Both the position numbers and the translations under genes were made by a program. Under the pieces are notes generated by a model. The model was given only the letters and a program-made list of their open reading frames with translations, was not told the DNA's origin and made no database searches. From a virus: DNA of 64,000 bases. Shown piece after piece: positions 19,763 to 30,234 of this stretch (the stretch's first letter is position 1; every line of letters starts with the position of its first letter). The stretch spans positions 26,163 to 90,162 of IMG/VR virus record IMGVR_UViG_3300041407_000075; one strand, 5' to 3'.

Positions 19763-19957
19763 ATGAATTGGAAAAACATTGAAACAGATGGCATTCCTGA
19801 TTGGTGCGGTGAGTACCTTGTCCGCCACATCAAAGATGGCTGGCCTTTGTATCTGGTTGCACGTATTGAAAATGAACATTTCTTTGATGAGATGGATGAG
19901 ATGACAAAGCTAGATGTTACTCATTGGGCAGTTATTGAACCTCCTCTAAAAGATTAA
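19763..19957 (+). CDS. DUF551-like protein
   Basis: MNWK ... VTHWAVIEPP. Confidence 0.75.
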   Translation: MNWKNIETDGIPDWCGEYLVRHIKDGWPLYLVARIENEHFFDEMDEMTKLDVTHWAVIEPPLKD

Positions 19958-19971
19958 AGAAATAACCACCC

Positions 19972-19996
19972 AGGCCGCTTGACGGCCTTTTCTTTT
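19972..19996 (+). terminator. intrinsic terminator
   Basis: AGGCCG-CTTGA-CGGCCT then TTTCTTTT. Confidence 0.85.
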
Positions 19997-20046
19997 GTCT
20001 GTATGATTCTCACATAAGCCGTTCACACAGAAGATGCAATCGGAGA

Positions 20047-20277
20047 TTGTTCCTCATGAACCTACTGAATGTATTAGATAAGCTTCCCTGCAATATCAAG
20101 AAAGCTGAGCTTGAGCCATTTGCTATGTGTATGGATGATGAGTATAAGCGGTTGGGGATTTTTGATCAGACGGTTGCTTACCAACACTACCTTCGTGCCA
20201 AATTTGTAAGTTGGGCTTGCAGAGAGAAGCCTATTAAGGTATGCTGGGGATCTAGAAATAAACCAGAATGGGTGTAA
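20047..20277 (+). pseudogene. probable C-terminal remnant of a pyrimidine-dimer DNA glycosylase-family gene
   Basis: PFAMCMDDEYK..., VAYQHY...K, W..RNKPEW resemble the family C-terminus; N-terminal half absent. Confidence 0.5.
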
Positions 20278-20400
20278 TATGAATATCATCTATGCTAAAC
20301 AAAAAGCTTTAGAATCTCTTATTCAGCGTGTTGCGGACGGCACAGCTTCAGAGTACGACCTCAAGAATTATAGTAAACTTAAAAAGTTAGGAGTTGTCAA

Positions 20401-20576
20401 ATGATAAACAAAGCTGATTGTTGGACTGTAGGCGATGGGTACGGAACCTACGTGGAACCTACGTGGACAATGAAAATGGGTGGTGGTATGAACGAGATGA
20501 TTATAATCAATTGTTTGAAGCTTACGAACTTCAAATGAAGGGTTGTTTGACATCACTTTTGAGAAAGAAGGCTTGA
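20401..20576 (+). pseudogene. small ORF frameshifted by an 11-bp tandem duplication
   Basis: GGAACCTACGT x2 at 20443-20464; removing one copy gives a 54-aa ORF. Confidence 0.45.
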
Positions 20577-20831
20577 CACGTAAAGTCACCCAAGTGATGA
20601 CAGAAAAAGTGGAGTATGTCTGATGACAACCTTAGAGGAATCCTTGCGAGAAAACAAAGAGTGGTGTAAAGAATTCCAGTCACAAACAAATGTGATGCAG
20701 GTTGTGGGAAAGAGGCTACAACATGGTTTGGTAATACTTCTTGTGCAACATGCGGTGATAGACGTTGTGTAGGAATTATGCAGGCTGATTACGATAAACA
20801 TCGTTATGAATCTGAAGATGAGGGTTATTAA

Positions 20832-21110
20832 ATGATCGTACATAAAAACATCACGCTCGTTAAGTGCAGCTCTGGTGATTGGGAGGGTTTGTATCTTGAC
20901 AATGAATTGTATCGTGAAGCTCACAGCATTCCTACACACGACATCTTCTACTTGATCAACAATCACCACATCCAAGAGGCTAAATCCTTTGAAGTGAATG
21001 AAGATTATACAGAGAATGTGGTAGAGTTGGTAGAGTTGGTTGAGTTGGTTGAGTATCATGGAGGTTATCCGCACTATCTTAGTGAAATTCCTGAAGAGGT
21101 TAGAGTGTGA
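20832..21110 (+). CDS. hypothetical protein with in-frame VEL repeat
   Basis: GDWEGLYLD motif; 9-bp tandem repeat at 21021-21053. Confidence 0.65.
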   Translation: MIVHKNITLVKCSSGDWEGLYLDNELYREAHSIPTHDIFYLINNHHIQEAKSFEVNEDYTENVVELVELVELVEYHGGYPHYLSEIPEEVRV

Positions 21111-21564
21111 CAAACCTAGTAAAATGTCACGGCACGGATTGTGACAGACGCCTATCCTGCACAAGATTCACCCAGGAATCTCTGCCGAAGTACCAAGCGT
21201 ATTTGGTAATGTGTGTGGCATGCAAGAATCCTAATGACGGGTGTAAATGGTTTGTTGATAATGAGGAGAAAACAAATGCTTGATGAAGAGAAAGTATTCA
21301 AACGTTTGTGTCGCGATATGCACATTGGAAATGACCATTCAAAGGTTGAAGATGCTAGGATCATTTGGGAAGCTGCAATCGCTTGGAAGGTTCAATACGA
21401 TGAATCTGTAACGGCAGCTAGAGAAGAAGCTTTGAGCAGGTATGAATAAAACAGCTTGATAGATTCTTTTCAATCCACCATAATCAACACACAAGACATG
21501 GCGTTAAGAGCGCTGAGATGAATGAAATAGATAAGTTATGTAGGATAAATAGGAGAGAAGGGTT

Positions 21565-21771
21565 ATGCCAAAACTAAAATGTATAGAGGTGTTTGAAATG
21601 GGAACAGGTGAGCCTGCATACTTCACAAAAGATAAAACTTATCTGCTTTACAGTTTAGATAACATAGTGTTCTTTTGTGTTGATGATCAGGAACAACTTC
21701 ACATTCTACCTTGGCCAGAAGTTGACGAAGATGGGTTTAATACTAAAGACTATTTTGAGGTGGTGAAATGA
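21565..21771 (+). CDS. hypothetical protein
   Basis: AGGAGA RBS. Confidence 0.6.
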   Translation: MPKLKCIEVFEMGTGEPAYFTKDKTYLLYSLDNIVFFCVDDQEQLHILPWPEVDEDGFNTKDYFEVVK

Positions 21772-21980
21772 AAACTCCACGTAAAGCTGTAGTAAGTAAA
21801 CGTGTATCTGAAGATGAGAAACTTAATAGCGCCCGTTGGACCTTCTTCCTCTCTCAGTGTAAGATTGATTGGGAATCTTTGAGCGAAGAATCTCGTGATT
21901 TCTTCGCAAGTATGGGCTCAACAGGATCCAGTGAAGAAGATATTAATAATGCAATCGACCTTGCCAGAGGTTTTAAATGA
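21768..21980 (+). CDS. hypothetical protein
   Basis: GAGG RBS; ATGA overlap. Confidence 0.6.
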   Translation: MKTPRKAVVSKRVSEDEKLNSARWTFFLSQCKIDWESLSEESRDFFASMGSTGSSEEDINNAIDLARGFK

Positions 21981-22177
21981 ATATTGATTTCGGTTGGATG
22001 GGTAAGGTTGTTCTGCAAGATTGGGAAGATCCTTTTACTCCTGAAGGTGAAGGATTTGCAATAGTGTCTGATGGTTACACAGAATCTGGTATTCGTGTTC
22101 ACGGTGTACTGGATCAACGTGAGTATGCTACTTACCCAAGTGTTTGGCGTAATGCCATTATGATTAAGGTGAATTGA
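21977..22177 (+). CDS. hypothetical protein
   Basis: ATGA overlap. Confidence 0.6.
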   Translation: MNIDFGWMGKVVLQDWEDPFTPEGEGFAIVSDGYTESGIRVHGVLDQREYATYPSVWRNAIMIKVN

Positions 22178-22879
22178 GATGATTTTTAAAACAAAGAAAG
22201 AGTGGTCATCTTTAGGCTTCTTCATTAAATCATTCGCACATCCTATTGGAAACATGTACGGATATAAAGATGTTCATGTAAAACTTTGTGGTCCAACTAG
22301 AAGAACTTATGAATTTTGGGAGAGTGTGGAATGAACACCTCACACGAACTAGCTCTTATGAACGCAATCGGTGTCCTCCCATTCAAACGCACTGGCTCTT
22401 CCCAATGGACTGTGTGTTTTAAGGATGCAACTGGTCAAGTTAAAACTGGTAACAACATTGCTAAGACATTTGGAAATGTTAGTGATGCGATGGTTTATGC
22501 AAAGGGATTGGTGAAATGAGCGCTCATCTTACATTTAAAGAGATTCCTAGAGTAAACGACTGTAAGTCTTGTCACGGTACGGGTGTTATGCGCTGGTATG
22601 ATCTAGATGGAGGTCCATATTATTCTTGGATGAAGCCTAAAGAATCACTCTGTAAAGAGTGCAGAGGACAAACCTTATGAACCACCTTAAGGAACTCCTA
22701 GAACAGCTCCAGTGTGCAGAAAGTGCCTATACAACCTCGAAAAGTTCCCTAGATAATAGTCTTGAATACATACTTTGCCGTGAAGAACTTAAGCAATGTC
22801 GTTTTAGGTTTGATAAGGCATGTCGTGAGTATGTTTTGGCTAATGTGTTTGGACAAGTTATTGAAGAGGAGATTGAGGC

Positions 22880-23077
22880 GTGAATATCAAATACATTTCT
22901 AGGAAGTTTCTATTATCTGCTGTTGTGCAGATGCTCTTGTTTGTGTTTCTCTACATCGGTAAGCTTCCGGTTGAGAATTTCCAGATTCTTACTATGACAA
23001 TCCTAACTTGCTACTTGGCGAGTAATGTTATCCAGAAAAGTGTTACGAAGGAGGCTAGTGATGAATCCAAAGTATAG
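22880..23077 (+). CDS. small two-TM membrane protein (holin-like)
   Basis: SRKF followed by two hydrophobic helices. Confidence 0.55.
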   Translation: MNIKYISRKFLLSAVVQMLLFVFLYIGKLPVENFQILTMTILTCYLASNVIQKSVTKEASDESKV

Positions 23078-23372
23078 CGAAGGCGAGATTGTCATTCTAC
23101 AAAGTGTTAATCATCCAGAGTACAGCGGAGAATATGAAGTATTCAAAATCCTATTCTACGGAGATAAATTTCCAGACCGACTGGATGAAACTACTATGTT
23201 AGTTTGTGATGGGCCAATTGGTTATATGTTCACAGAAGCTCTTGCAGATAAACCAAGCACAACAGAATGTATTTGGGCAGAGCATTCTTTGTGTAAACGA
23301 CAAGAGCCCGGTGAGATGGACTATAAAAAGTTGATGCAGACATTGAAGAATAGTGTTTTGGAGTGGAATTGA
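23061..23372 (+). CDS. hypothetical protein
   Basis: GGAGG RBS before the ATG at 23061. Confidence 0.65.
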   Translation: MNPKYSEGEIVILQSVNHPEYSGEYEVFKILFYGDKFPDRLDETTMLVCDGPIGYMFTEALADKPSTTECIWAEHSLCKRQEPGEMDYKKLMQTLKNSVLEWN

Positions 23373-23765
23373 TGAATTGGTACAATGAACTGTGTGGAAA
23401 TGGTTGTAAAGAAACTACTTTACCAGATGAAGTGAAGCCTTCGTGGGCAACACATTCATTCAGGCGAATGGGACAAACTTTGTACGGGCAACTCGTCACA
23501 GACAATTGGTTCTGGATGAATGAGGAACACAGCTTGTATTATACGTCTGAAGATATTGATACAGGATCGGTTGTTAAGCTATAAATAAGGTTGAATATTC
23601 CTAGCCTACTCCTTGTATCAACTAAGCCCTAACGTGGCTTAAACATACGAAAAAGCCGCATGAAAGGGTTGTTTTGCGGGGAGTTTGTGTAAATTAAAGG
23701 TTGCATGACATTCTCAGGAATGGTACAGTGATGGCATATAAACACTACAGATGGGGAAATAGAAT

Positions 23766-24005
23766 ATGAAACGGTCAAAACGTGTACAAGAGATTGAAGT
23801 GACAGCAACCGTCCATTTGGATACCTTGTATCTCCAAGAAGATCAGGCTTTTGCACTGATTGAAGCTGTTGACTTGCAGCAAGCTGAGTCTGGATTTACC
23901 ACAGAGGTTATCCTGCGGTTGATTAAATCTATGAAAGCTGAGTTTAAAGATGCTCCTGATGAGCTTGAAGATTTCATCACAACAGTCGGGGACGCTCTTA
24001 AATGA
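23766..24005 (+). CDS. hypothetical protein
   Basis: Follows a promoter-like TTGCAT-17-TACAGT at 23701-23729. Confidence 0.6.
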   Translation: MKRSKRVQEIEVTATVHLDTLYLQEDQAFALIEAVDLQQAESGFTTEVILRLIKSMKAEFKDAPDELEDFITTVGDALK

Positions 24006-24256
24006 ATTCCCTAGTTCTCCTAAAAGAACGCTTGCAAACTGTCTTAAATGGATCGACAGAGTCAGAAAGCTTTAAAGATGCAATCAGCGAAGGCTTGTAT
24101 GCATGTGATTTGAGTGTCATTGGTTTGGAACAGTGGATTGCACATTGGATTGAGTGGAAATCTGAGGATGTGGTTAATCGAAATGATGATCACGATTATT
24201 TAGAAGGTGTCAAGTTTGTAGAAGAACAATGGCATAAAATAACTGGGATGTTTTAA
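24002..24256 (+). CDS. hypothetical protein
   Basis: ATGA overlap. Confidence 0.6.
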   Translation: MNSLVLLKERLQTVLNGSTESESFKDAISEGLYACDLSVIGLEQWIAHWIEWKSEDVVNRNDDHDYLEGVKFVEEQWHKITGMF

Positions 24257-24574
24257 AGAGATGGTGTTTTGATAATTTAAATTAATGTTTTAGGAGAGAA
24301 AGATGATTGGAGACAAAGCTGTACTCGTGAGACTTACAGAAAAACAGCTTTGGTTGATCCTCAATCAATTGGAAGCATCCTCTGAGCCTGCACACCGTAC
24401 AAAAGAGGAAGATGAGACGCTACAAATTCTTAATGCTGCATGGAAACGGGCTCGAAAATAAATGTGATAATTTCGTGAAACACCCCTTGCTATCGGATCC
24501 AAAGGCTGTAAACTCACCTTTACAGAGTCTCTCACCAACTTTACACAGGCTCTGAATTTGTAACACAACACACA

Positions 24575-24841
24575 TTGGAGCTTAAAATGATCGTAGAAAT
24601 CAAAGCTGTATTGGAATCTCTGAAAGTAGAAGGTGTACACAATGAAGCACTGATGGATTGTCTAGCTTATTCAAACCTGCCTGTCAGCACATTGGAAGGG
24701 TTCCTAGACAGCCACCTGTGGTTTGCTGAGGATGCTGATTTCGATACAGCTTATCCTACAGATGAGGCTAAATCTTATGTTATCAGCCTTGGAAGTATTG
24801 AGCAAGTGCTTGTAAATCAAGGGCTTATCTATAACGATTGA
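24575..24841 (+). CDS. hypothetical protein
   Basis: ORF on the early strand; GGAG RBS before an internal ATG. Confidence 0.6.
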   Translation: MELKMIVEIKAVLESLKVEGVHNEALMDCLAYSNLPVSTLEGFLDSHLWFAEDADFDTAYPTDEAKSYVISLGSIEQVLVNQGLIYND

Positions 24842-24880
24842 TAGGTTTGAAATAATTTGATTTATTTTGACTCAGAGAGC

Positions 24881-24909
24881 TTGACACCATGATCAGGCTC
24901 GCTTACTAT
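24881..24909 (+). promoter_or_regulatory. sigma70 early promoter
   Basis: TTGACA-17-TACTAT. Confidence 0.8.
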
Positions 24910-25019
24910 TAAGTCACAGAAGGGAGATGTTGAAGAAGGCAAACAAGCAGTAGCCATCTTGAAGAGCATGGAGACAAGCACACAGGAACAATCCTTTGTG
25001 TTCTTTCTAAATTCTTAGG

Positions 25020-25235
25020 GTGATTATCATGGCAGTCACACAGATCAAAAGCACTTTCAGCACAATCAATCCAGGCAAAGTCCGCCGTGTGTTTAACGAT
25101 AGTGGGTTGTTCCTTGGGACGATTACTAAACTTGACAACAATCAAGGCTACTCAGTGTTCCGTCTCAAAGATGGAAAGCGCAGAATCAAACGGTATTTGG
25201 CCGATGCATTCAAGACTATCCGGCGCGAAAATTGA
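25020..25235 (+). CDS. hypothetical protein
   Basis: First ORF after the promoter. Confidence 0.6.
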   Translation: MIIMAVTQIKSTFSTINPGKVRRVFNDSGLFLGTITKLDNNQGYSVFRLKDGKRRIKRYLADAFKTIRREN

Positions 25236-25245
25236 GGGTGAGACT

Positions 25246-25656
25246 ATGATTAATGTCAAAGGCTACTTAGTGGAAAGAGATAATCGTTCACTATTCATCC
25301 GGGATATTAACGAGGCTTCATGGGCGTTGGAGGATAGTGAATACACAGTAACACCGTTGGTTGCAATGAAGTCAGCAGATGTATATGAACAGTTTATAGT
25401 GGCAGATCCGAAGGAAGAATCCCCCAGCCTTCCAAGTACAGATGATACAGCGGAGCGTATTGAGTTAATGAATGAGCTGTTTGATTTGCAACAGGCTGAA
25501 ATTGACTTCCTCAAGAATAGGTTAGAGGAGTTTGTTGAGGTGGTGGAAGGGATCGTTGAGCTAACAGAAGTGATTAGTCAAAGTAGCATAGAGAATCGGA
25601 GCAAACTCATCGTTATAGGTGATAGCTGCAAAGCTGTCCTAAATCCTAGTGAATAG
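25246..25656 (+). CDS. hypothetical protein (MINVKGY...)
   Basis: GAGG RBS before an internal ATG of the 189-aa track ORF. Confidence 0.6.
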   Translation: MINVKGYLVERDNRSLFIRDINEASWALEDSEYTVTPLVAMKSADVYEQFIVADPKEESPSLPSTDDTAERIELMNELFDLQQAEIDFLKNRLEEFVEVVEGIVELTEVISQSSIENRSKLIVIGDSCKAVLNPSE

Positions 25657-25672
25657 CTGAAAGTACTACCTC

Positions 25673-25701
25673 AATCCCTCCTAACCCGAGGGATTTTTCT
25701 T
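25673..25701 (+). terminator. intrinsic terminator
   Basis: AATCCCTC-loop-GAGGGATT then TTTCTT. Confidence 0.75.
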
Positions 25702-25731
25702 GTCTATCTGAAAATAAATTGAAAATTCTTG

Positions 25732-25760
25732 TTGACATGATTGTGCTGTGGGCCTAGTAT
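25732..25760 (+). promoter_or_regulatory. sigma70 early promoter with AT-rich UP element
   Basis: TTGACA-17-TAGTAT. Confidence 0.8.
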
Positions 25761-26096
25761 GCAGGTATAGAAACCAAACACAGCAAAAGGTGATCGAGAT
25801 GAACATCCAACAAAAGCAACTCACCCCAGAATTTTCAGAAGGCTGGACTACTCGTGTTGAGCATAAAATGTTGTCGGTTTGCCCTTATGCTAAAGATACT
25901 TTAGAAGCCAGGCTCTGGTGCTATGGCTGGTATGAAGCTTCTCGTGATCCAGCTTTAATTTCTGAAGAGATGGGAGAGAGGGAATGAACATTACTGACTT
26001 TATATGTGAAGTGATTTTCTGGATGATCGTGACTACGCTGACATCTGTGCTGGTTGCCTCAGTGCTCACAGGAGTTAAATAAAATGAAAATAGGTA

Positions 26097-26125
26097 TTGA
26101 CAGGACTTTCTGACTACCTTAGAAT
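26097..26125 (+). promoter_or_regulatory. sigma70 early promoter
   Basis: TTGACA-17-TAGAAT. Confidence 0.85.
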
Positions 26126-26339
26126 ATCTACATAGGAAGCAGAAAGCTTCTAAACGAACAGGAGCGACAACCATGAACATGTCCCAACTCAAAGCCCGTG
26201 TAGAAGCAGCCCTCAAAGCTGGCATCCTTTCTAACGAACAAGCTGTAGCCGCCTATGCAGCTTTGTCTTCCAAGACTCACTACGGTGCTTCGGCAAGCAA
26301 TGCCACTCGTGATCGTATGTTGACTAATCGGTTTGGGGT

Positions 26340-26552
26340 GTGACCATCAAAAAGCTTATAGGCCAACTCATACCCGGTGACAAGGTATTCGTTCGAGTAG
26401 GTGGCAGCAAATTCAAATCAGCTTGCGAAGTTAGGGAGATGACCTTTAACAACATAGGCGAGGAGAATGAAACAGCCACTATACTTTTTGATGATGGGAC
26501 TGAGCAGTGGCTACAGAATTGGTATACAACTGAATTGATTGAGGTGATATAG
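26340..26552 (+). CDS. hypothetical protein
   Basis: Coupled ORF. Confidence 0.55.
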   Translation: MTIKKLIGQLIPGDKVFVRVGGSKFKSACEVREMTFNNIGEENETATILFDDGTEQWLQNWYTTELIEVI

Positions 26553-26953
26553 TGAGTAATTTTAAAGGTTCGGTAAGTATAAGTCGTAACAGTAACGATC
26601 AAGTGAACATCCGAATTCACGATAGTGCATCTGGTGCTGAATTTGTAGACATACAGATTACACTTGAAAACTACGCGCTGCTAATTACTGGCCTTAGTCG
26701 TGTAGAGGCTACAGGTGATGTTCGTGGTCTTGATAAGGTAGGCAAGCAAAAAGTAATTGAACAACGTTCTGTAGTTTGCCCACTAGACGGCTGGGATAAG
26801 AAGGTCTTTAGACACTGGCTTATCGAAAACTGTCAGGAAGAAGGTTGGGAGTTGAACAGCTACCTTGACAGTCAAACGAGTGTCAGTAATAATAAAGATG
26901 GGACCAAGACTCTGAACTATTCAGTCGTTAGATATGTGGAGGATGCATCATGA
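26552..26953 (+). CDS. hypothetical protein
   Basis: GAGGTG RBS. Confidence 0.7.
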   Translation: MSNFKGSVSISRNSNDQVNIRIHDSASGAEFVDIQITLENYALLITGLSRVEATGDVRGLDKVGKQKVIEQRSVVCPLDGWDKKVFRHWLIENCQEEGWELNSYLDSQTSVSNNKDGTKTLNYSVVRYVEDAS

Positions 26954-27150
26954 GTACCGTAATGTGTATGTGTAAGACTTGCGGAGTGAAACCCGGTATT
27001 CGTACTGGCCTAGGTGGGCTAGGACACTTCTTTAACTGCATTCTGTGTATCTTGACAGGAATTCTGTGGTTGCCAGTGTATCTGCTGATATGGGCAGTAT
27101 CCTATAAAACACAGTGTATGAATTGTGGTCGTCTCGCTAAGAAGATGTAA
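26950..27150 (+). CDS. zinc-ribbon membrane protein (LITAF-like layout)
   Basis: CKTCG - hydrophobic segment - CMNCG. Confidence 0.65.
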   Translation: MSTVMCMCKTCGVKPGIRTGLGGLGHFFNCILCILTGILWLPVYLLIWAVSYKTQCMNCGRLAKKM

Positions 27151-27171
27151 AAACATAGAAATAAACACTAC

Positions 27172-27194
27172 GCCCCGCTTGACGGGGCTTCTTC
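27172..27194 (+). terminator. intrinsic terminator
   Basis: GCCCCG-CTTGA-CGGGGC then TTCTT; same loop as the terminator at 19972. Confidence 0.75.
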
Positions 27195-27234
27195 ATGCCT
27201 ATAGAATTACCCTAACGAAACGAACAAAGCTTAG

Positions 27235-27957
27235 GTGAACATCATGTGGAAAGGTCAAGGTAGGTCAGGTTACGGTGAATCCTCAACAGGTGGTGATTAC
27301 GACGATTGGTCTTGCCTTTCCCGTAATGGTCGCCAGTGGAAGAACCCAGCCACCATGCTCACTCGTGACCTTTCCGGTGCTGACTACTGGCATATCCGTA
27401 AACAAATGACAGACAGCTATGATGTTCCATTAGAAGTGTATGCTGAGAACGACACTGTGAACTTGGCTCATACACTGCCGAACGGAAAAGCTAACTTATT
27501 GGCTTATGCTGATAAGGCACCAGTTGTCAAGCCTAAAGTCAGTATCAAAGATAAGATCTTACCACAAGCCAAACGCTTGACAATTCTTCGTGAACAGATG
27601 GTGGAACTGGAAAAATCCTATCGTAATGATGAGATGTCAATCTCTGAGTATAGTCTTCTTCGTGATGTGATTGTGGCTAAGATCGAACGTCAGGAAGTGT
27701 TGCTGAAGAAGGCTGTAAGTGTCCGTCCAATTCGTACAGAAACAGAGGAAGTTGGCGTAGAAACTGCCTATGAAACGTGTGATGTAGACTACAGCCACAC
27801 AGAGGTAGCCACTAGCTGTGGAGTGAGCTGGATCGATGAATTATCCCCAAGCAATTCCTTTAAAAAGATTTTGCAAATCACTTGCACGGTAGCCGTAAAG
27901 CTTGTACACTTTAGTCAAAGGGCAAAAGCCTACTACCAAACGTTGAAAGAGGTGTGA
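27235..27957 (+). CDS. hypothetical protein (240 aa)
   Basis: Long ORF on the early strand. Confidence 0.75.
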   Translation: MNIMWKGQGRSGYGESSTGGDYDDWSCLSRNGRQWKNPATMLTRDLSGADYWHIRKQMTDSYDVPLEVYAENDTVNLAHTLPNGKANLLAYADKAPVVKPKVSIKDKILPQAKRLTILREQMVELEKSYRNDEMSISEYSLLRDVIVAKIERQEVLLKKAVSVRPIRTETEEVGVETAYETCDVDYSHTEVATSCGVSWIDELSPSNSFKKILQITCTVAVKLVHFSQRAKAYYQTLKEV

Positions 27958-27958
27958 C

Positions 27959-28168
27959 ATGGATATCTTCGAACAGTACGAAAGAGAGTTGTCGGAAAAG
28001 GCACGCAAGGAGATTGCTGAAGAAGACGCCAAGTGGACTGCTTTGACCCAGGAGGAGAAAGACAAGATCAACAAAGCCCGTGAAGACAAGTACGCAAATG
28101 TACCTGACGAAGAGCCTGACCTTGATAGTGATGACTACGAAGAAGACGATGAGGAGGAAGATGAATGA
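27959..28168 (+). CDS. highly acidic small protein
   Basis: C-terminus DEEPDLDSDDYEEDDEEEDE; GAGGTG RBS. Confidence 0.7.
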   Translation: MDIFEQYERELSEKARKEIAEEDAKWTALTQEEKDKINKAREDKYANVPDEEPDLDSDDYEEDDEEEDE

Positions 28169-28331
28169 CGACTCAACAATCAGCATTCCAACAAGCCTAC
28201 ACCTTTATTTCCCAAGGTGTAGCTGCTAAACTTTATCGTGAGCAAGGGCAATGGGTCTGTCTTCCTACGTCAGACACTCCATGTGTTCCAATGTATAATA
28301 CAAAACAGATGATTGAATTGGAGATGTTGAA

Positions 28332-28571
28332 ATGAAATATAATCCTATTGTAACAATGACGAAACGTGATGCTAAAATTGCTGTTTGGGTGAACATGCCT
28401 TCTGGTGATAAATACAACATATGGGATCTGGAAGATAAGGAATGTTCTGTTACCGTTATAAATGCAATAGCCTCCGCTTTTGAGCGTGGAATGCTCGCTC
28501 AAAAACAAATGATCAATCAAGCTATGCAAACATCCTTTCCTTCTGTAAATACTAAAGTAGAAACCAAATGA
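28332..28571 (+). CDS. hypothetical protein
   Basis: GGAG RBS. Confidence 0.6.
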   Translation: MKYNPIVTMTKRDAKIAVWVNMPSGDKYNIWDLEDKECSVTVINAIASAFERGMLAQKQMINQAMQTSFPSVNTKVETK

Positions 28572-28716
28572 ACACTTACACACAAGAATCATTCCAGAAA
28601 TATGAACGCAAATCTTCTAAGCGTAAGTGTGCAGACCACTATGACACAGGTGGTAAAGACAAGAAGCGAGGCTATAGCACTGAGAGAAATCTTAAACGGA
28701 ATTGGGAGCAAGAAAC

Positions 28717-29049
28717 ATGAAGATTAATATGTCAAGTGGTGGTACTGCTAAATGGTTTGCTGTGACTGTAGCTTCTAGTGATAAGAGTCAGTTGAGCGAC
28801 AAAGGCTCAAAGTTCAATCAGCTTGTAGATCATCCAGATTGGAATCCCGATAACATCGACTTCAAGATTGTTATGAACGGTATTGAGTTTGAGAACCTAG
28901 ACGATATCTTTCGTCGTCTGGATGAACACATTGAAAAGGAAGCACAAGAGAAGGCTGAACAGAATCCATTACTTCTTGCAAAGCTCTATGCAATCCAAGG
29001 TATTATTAATGCACAGTCTGTTGAAGAAATCACAGGTGAATGGGAATGA
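28717..29049 (+). CDS. hypothetical protein
   Basis: GGAG RBS before the ATG at 28717. Confidence 0.6.
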   Translation: MKINMSSGGTAKWFAVTVASSDKSQLSDKGSKFNQLVDHPDWNPDNIDFKIVMNGIEFENLDDIFRRLDEHIEKEAQEKAEQNPLLLAKLYAIQGIINAQSVEEITGEWE

Positions 29050-29354
29050 GCTATCTTGAGGGCACCAAATACAAGCTCCAAGCCGATTACTACGAACACA
29101 TCACTCTTACTTGCACATGGGTGACGTACACAACAGCTTACTTCAAGCTAGACAGTGATGATATGAGCCTAGGAAGTGACTATAGGTTAGACATCAAGGC
29201 TAAGCGCTTACACAAATGGAATAGTAAGTGTATGACTTGGGATTTGATCGAAAACACCCTCTCCGAACACACTGCTGACGACGTATGGAGCAGACGGATA
29301 GGGAATGGTGGTGGGGATGATTATTATAGTGGATGTGGGCAGGACCAGCTATAA
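29040..29354 (+). CDS. hypothetical protein
   Basis: Coupled ORF. Confidence 0.55.
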   Translation: MGMSYLEGTKYKLQADYYEHITLTCTWVTYTTAYFKLDSDDMSLGSDYRLDIKAKRLHKWNSKCMTWDLIENTLSEHTADDVWSRRIGNGGGDDYYSGCGQDQL

Positions 29355-29416
29355 ACAGAATACGAACTAAACAATAAGCCCATTAACTTGGGCTTTAATC
29401 TATTGAGGAGAAATTA

Positions 29417-30097
29417 ATGAAACAACTTAAATTTATTCACGGTGTTGGTATCAACGATGCAGACTACCCTGTAACACAAAACAAAGTCGTTGATGGAAAA
29501 CAAGTTCAGATTTGGATTTGTCCGTTTTATGCAAGGTGGCGGGCTATGTTCAAAAGGGCTTATTCCGAAGCTTACCAGTCTCTGTACACCACATATGTGG
29601 GTTGTTCGGTTTGTCCTGAATGGATTTACTTTACTAATTTCAAAAGCTGGATGGAGACACAAGATTGGGAAGGTAAACAACTTGATAAAGATTTGTTGGT
29701 TAAAAGCAACAAGATTTATAGTCCTGAGACTTGCGTGTTTATTGAGCAGAAGATCAACAAATTCATGTCAGAAAAACCTAATAAGGTTCGAGAACTGCCT
29801 ACAGGTGTTTCTTGGGATAAAAAGGCCAGCGCATATAGGGCTCAGTGTATCTCAGTCGAAACGGGCAAACAGACCAATCTAGGATGGTTTGATTCCCCCG
29901 ATACGGCACACAAAGCATGGCTGGCTTTCAAGCTAGAGCAAGCACATGCACTGGCATTCACCCAATCAGATAAGCGTATCGCAAAAGCTTTGATTGAACG
30001 ATACGAAAATTATTCAAAAATAGATGAGATAATTGTTGACCATAGCCCTGAATTAACCTATTATTCACTTACTAAAGAGAATCAACAGAAGGAATAA
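29417..30097 (+). mobile_element. HNH homing endonuclease
   Basis: GVGINDADY, W..M.KR, YVGCSVCPEW..F.NF, QLDKDLL...NKIYSPETC, LPTGV. Confidence 0.88.
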
Positions 30098-30234
30098 AGA
30101 GATGAATTATTGCGAACGCTACACAGAATCCCAAGCAATCGAATTGGTAGCAGAGTTGAAAGGTGAAGGCTACAAAGCCTACTTCACTAAGAACAATTCC
30201 GACTCTTTCACTGTTCAATATTGGAGCTAAGACT

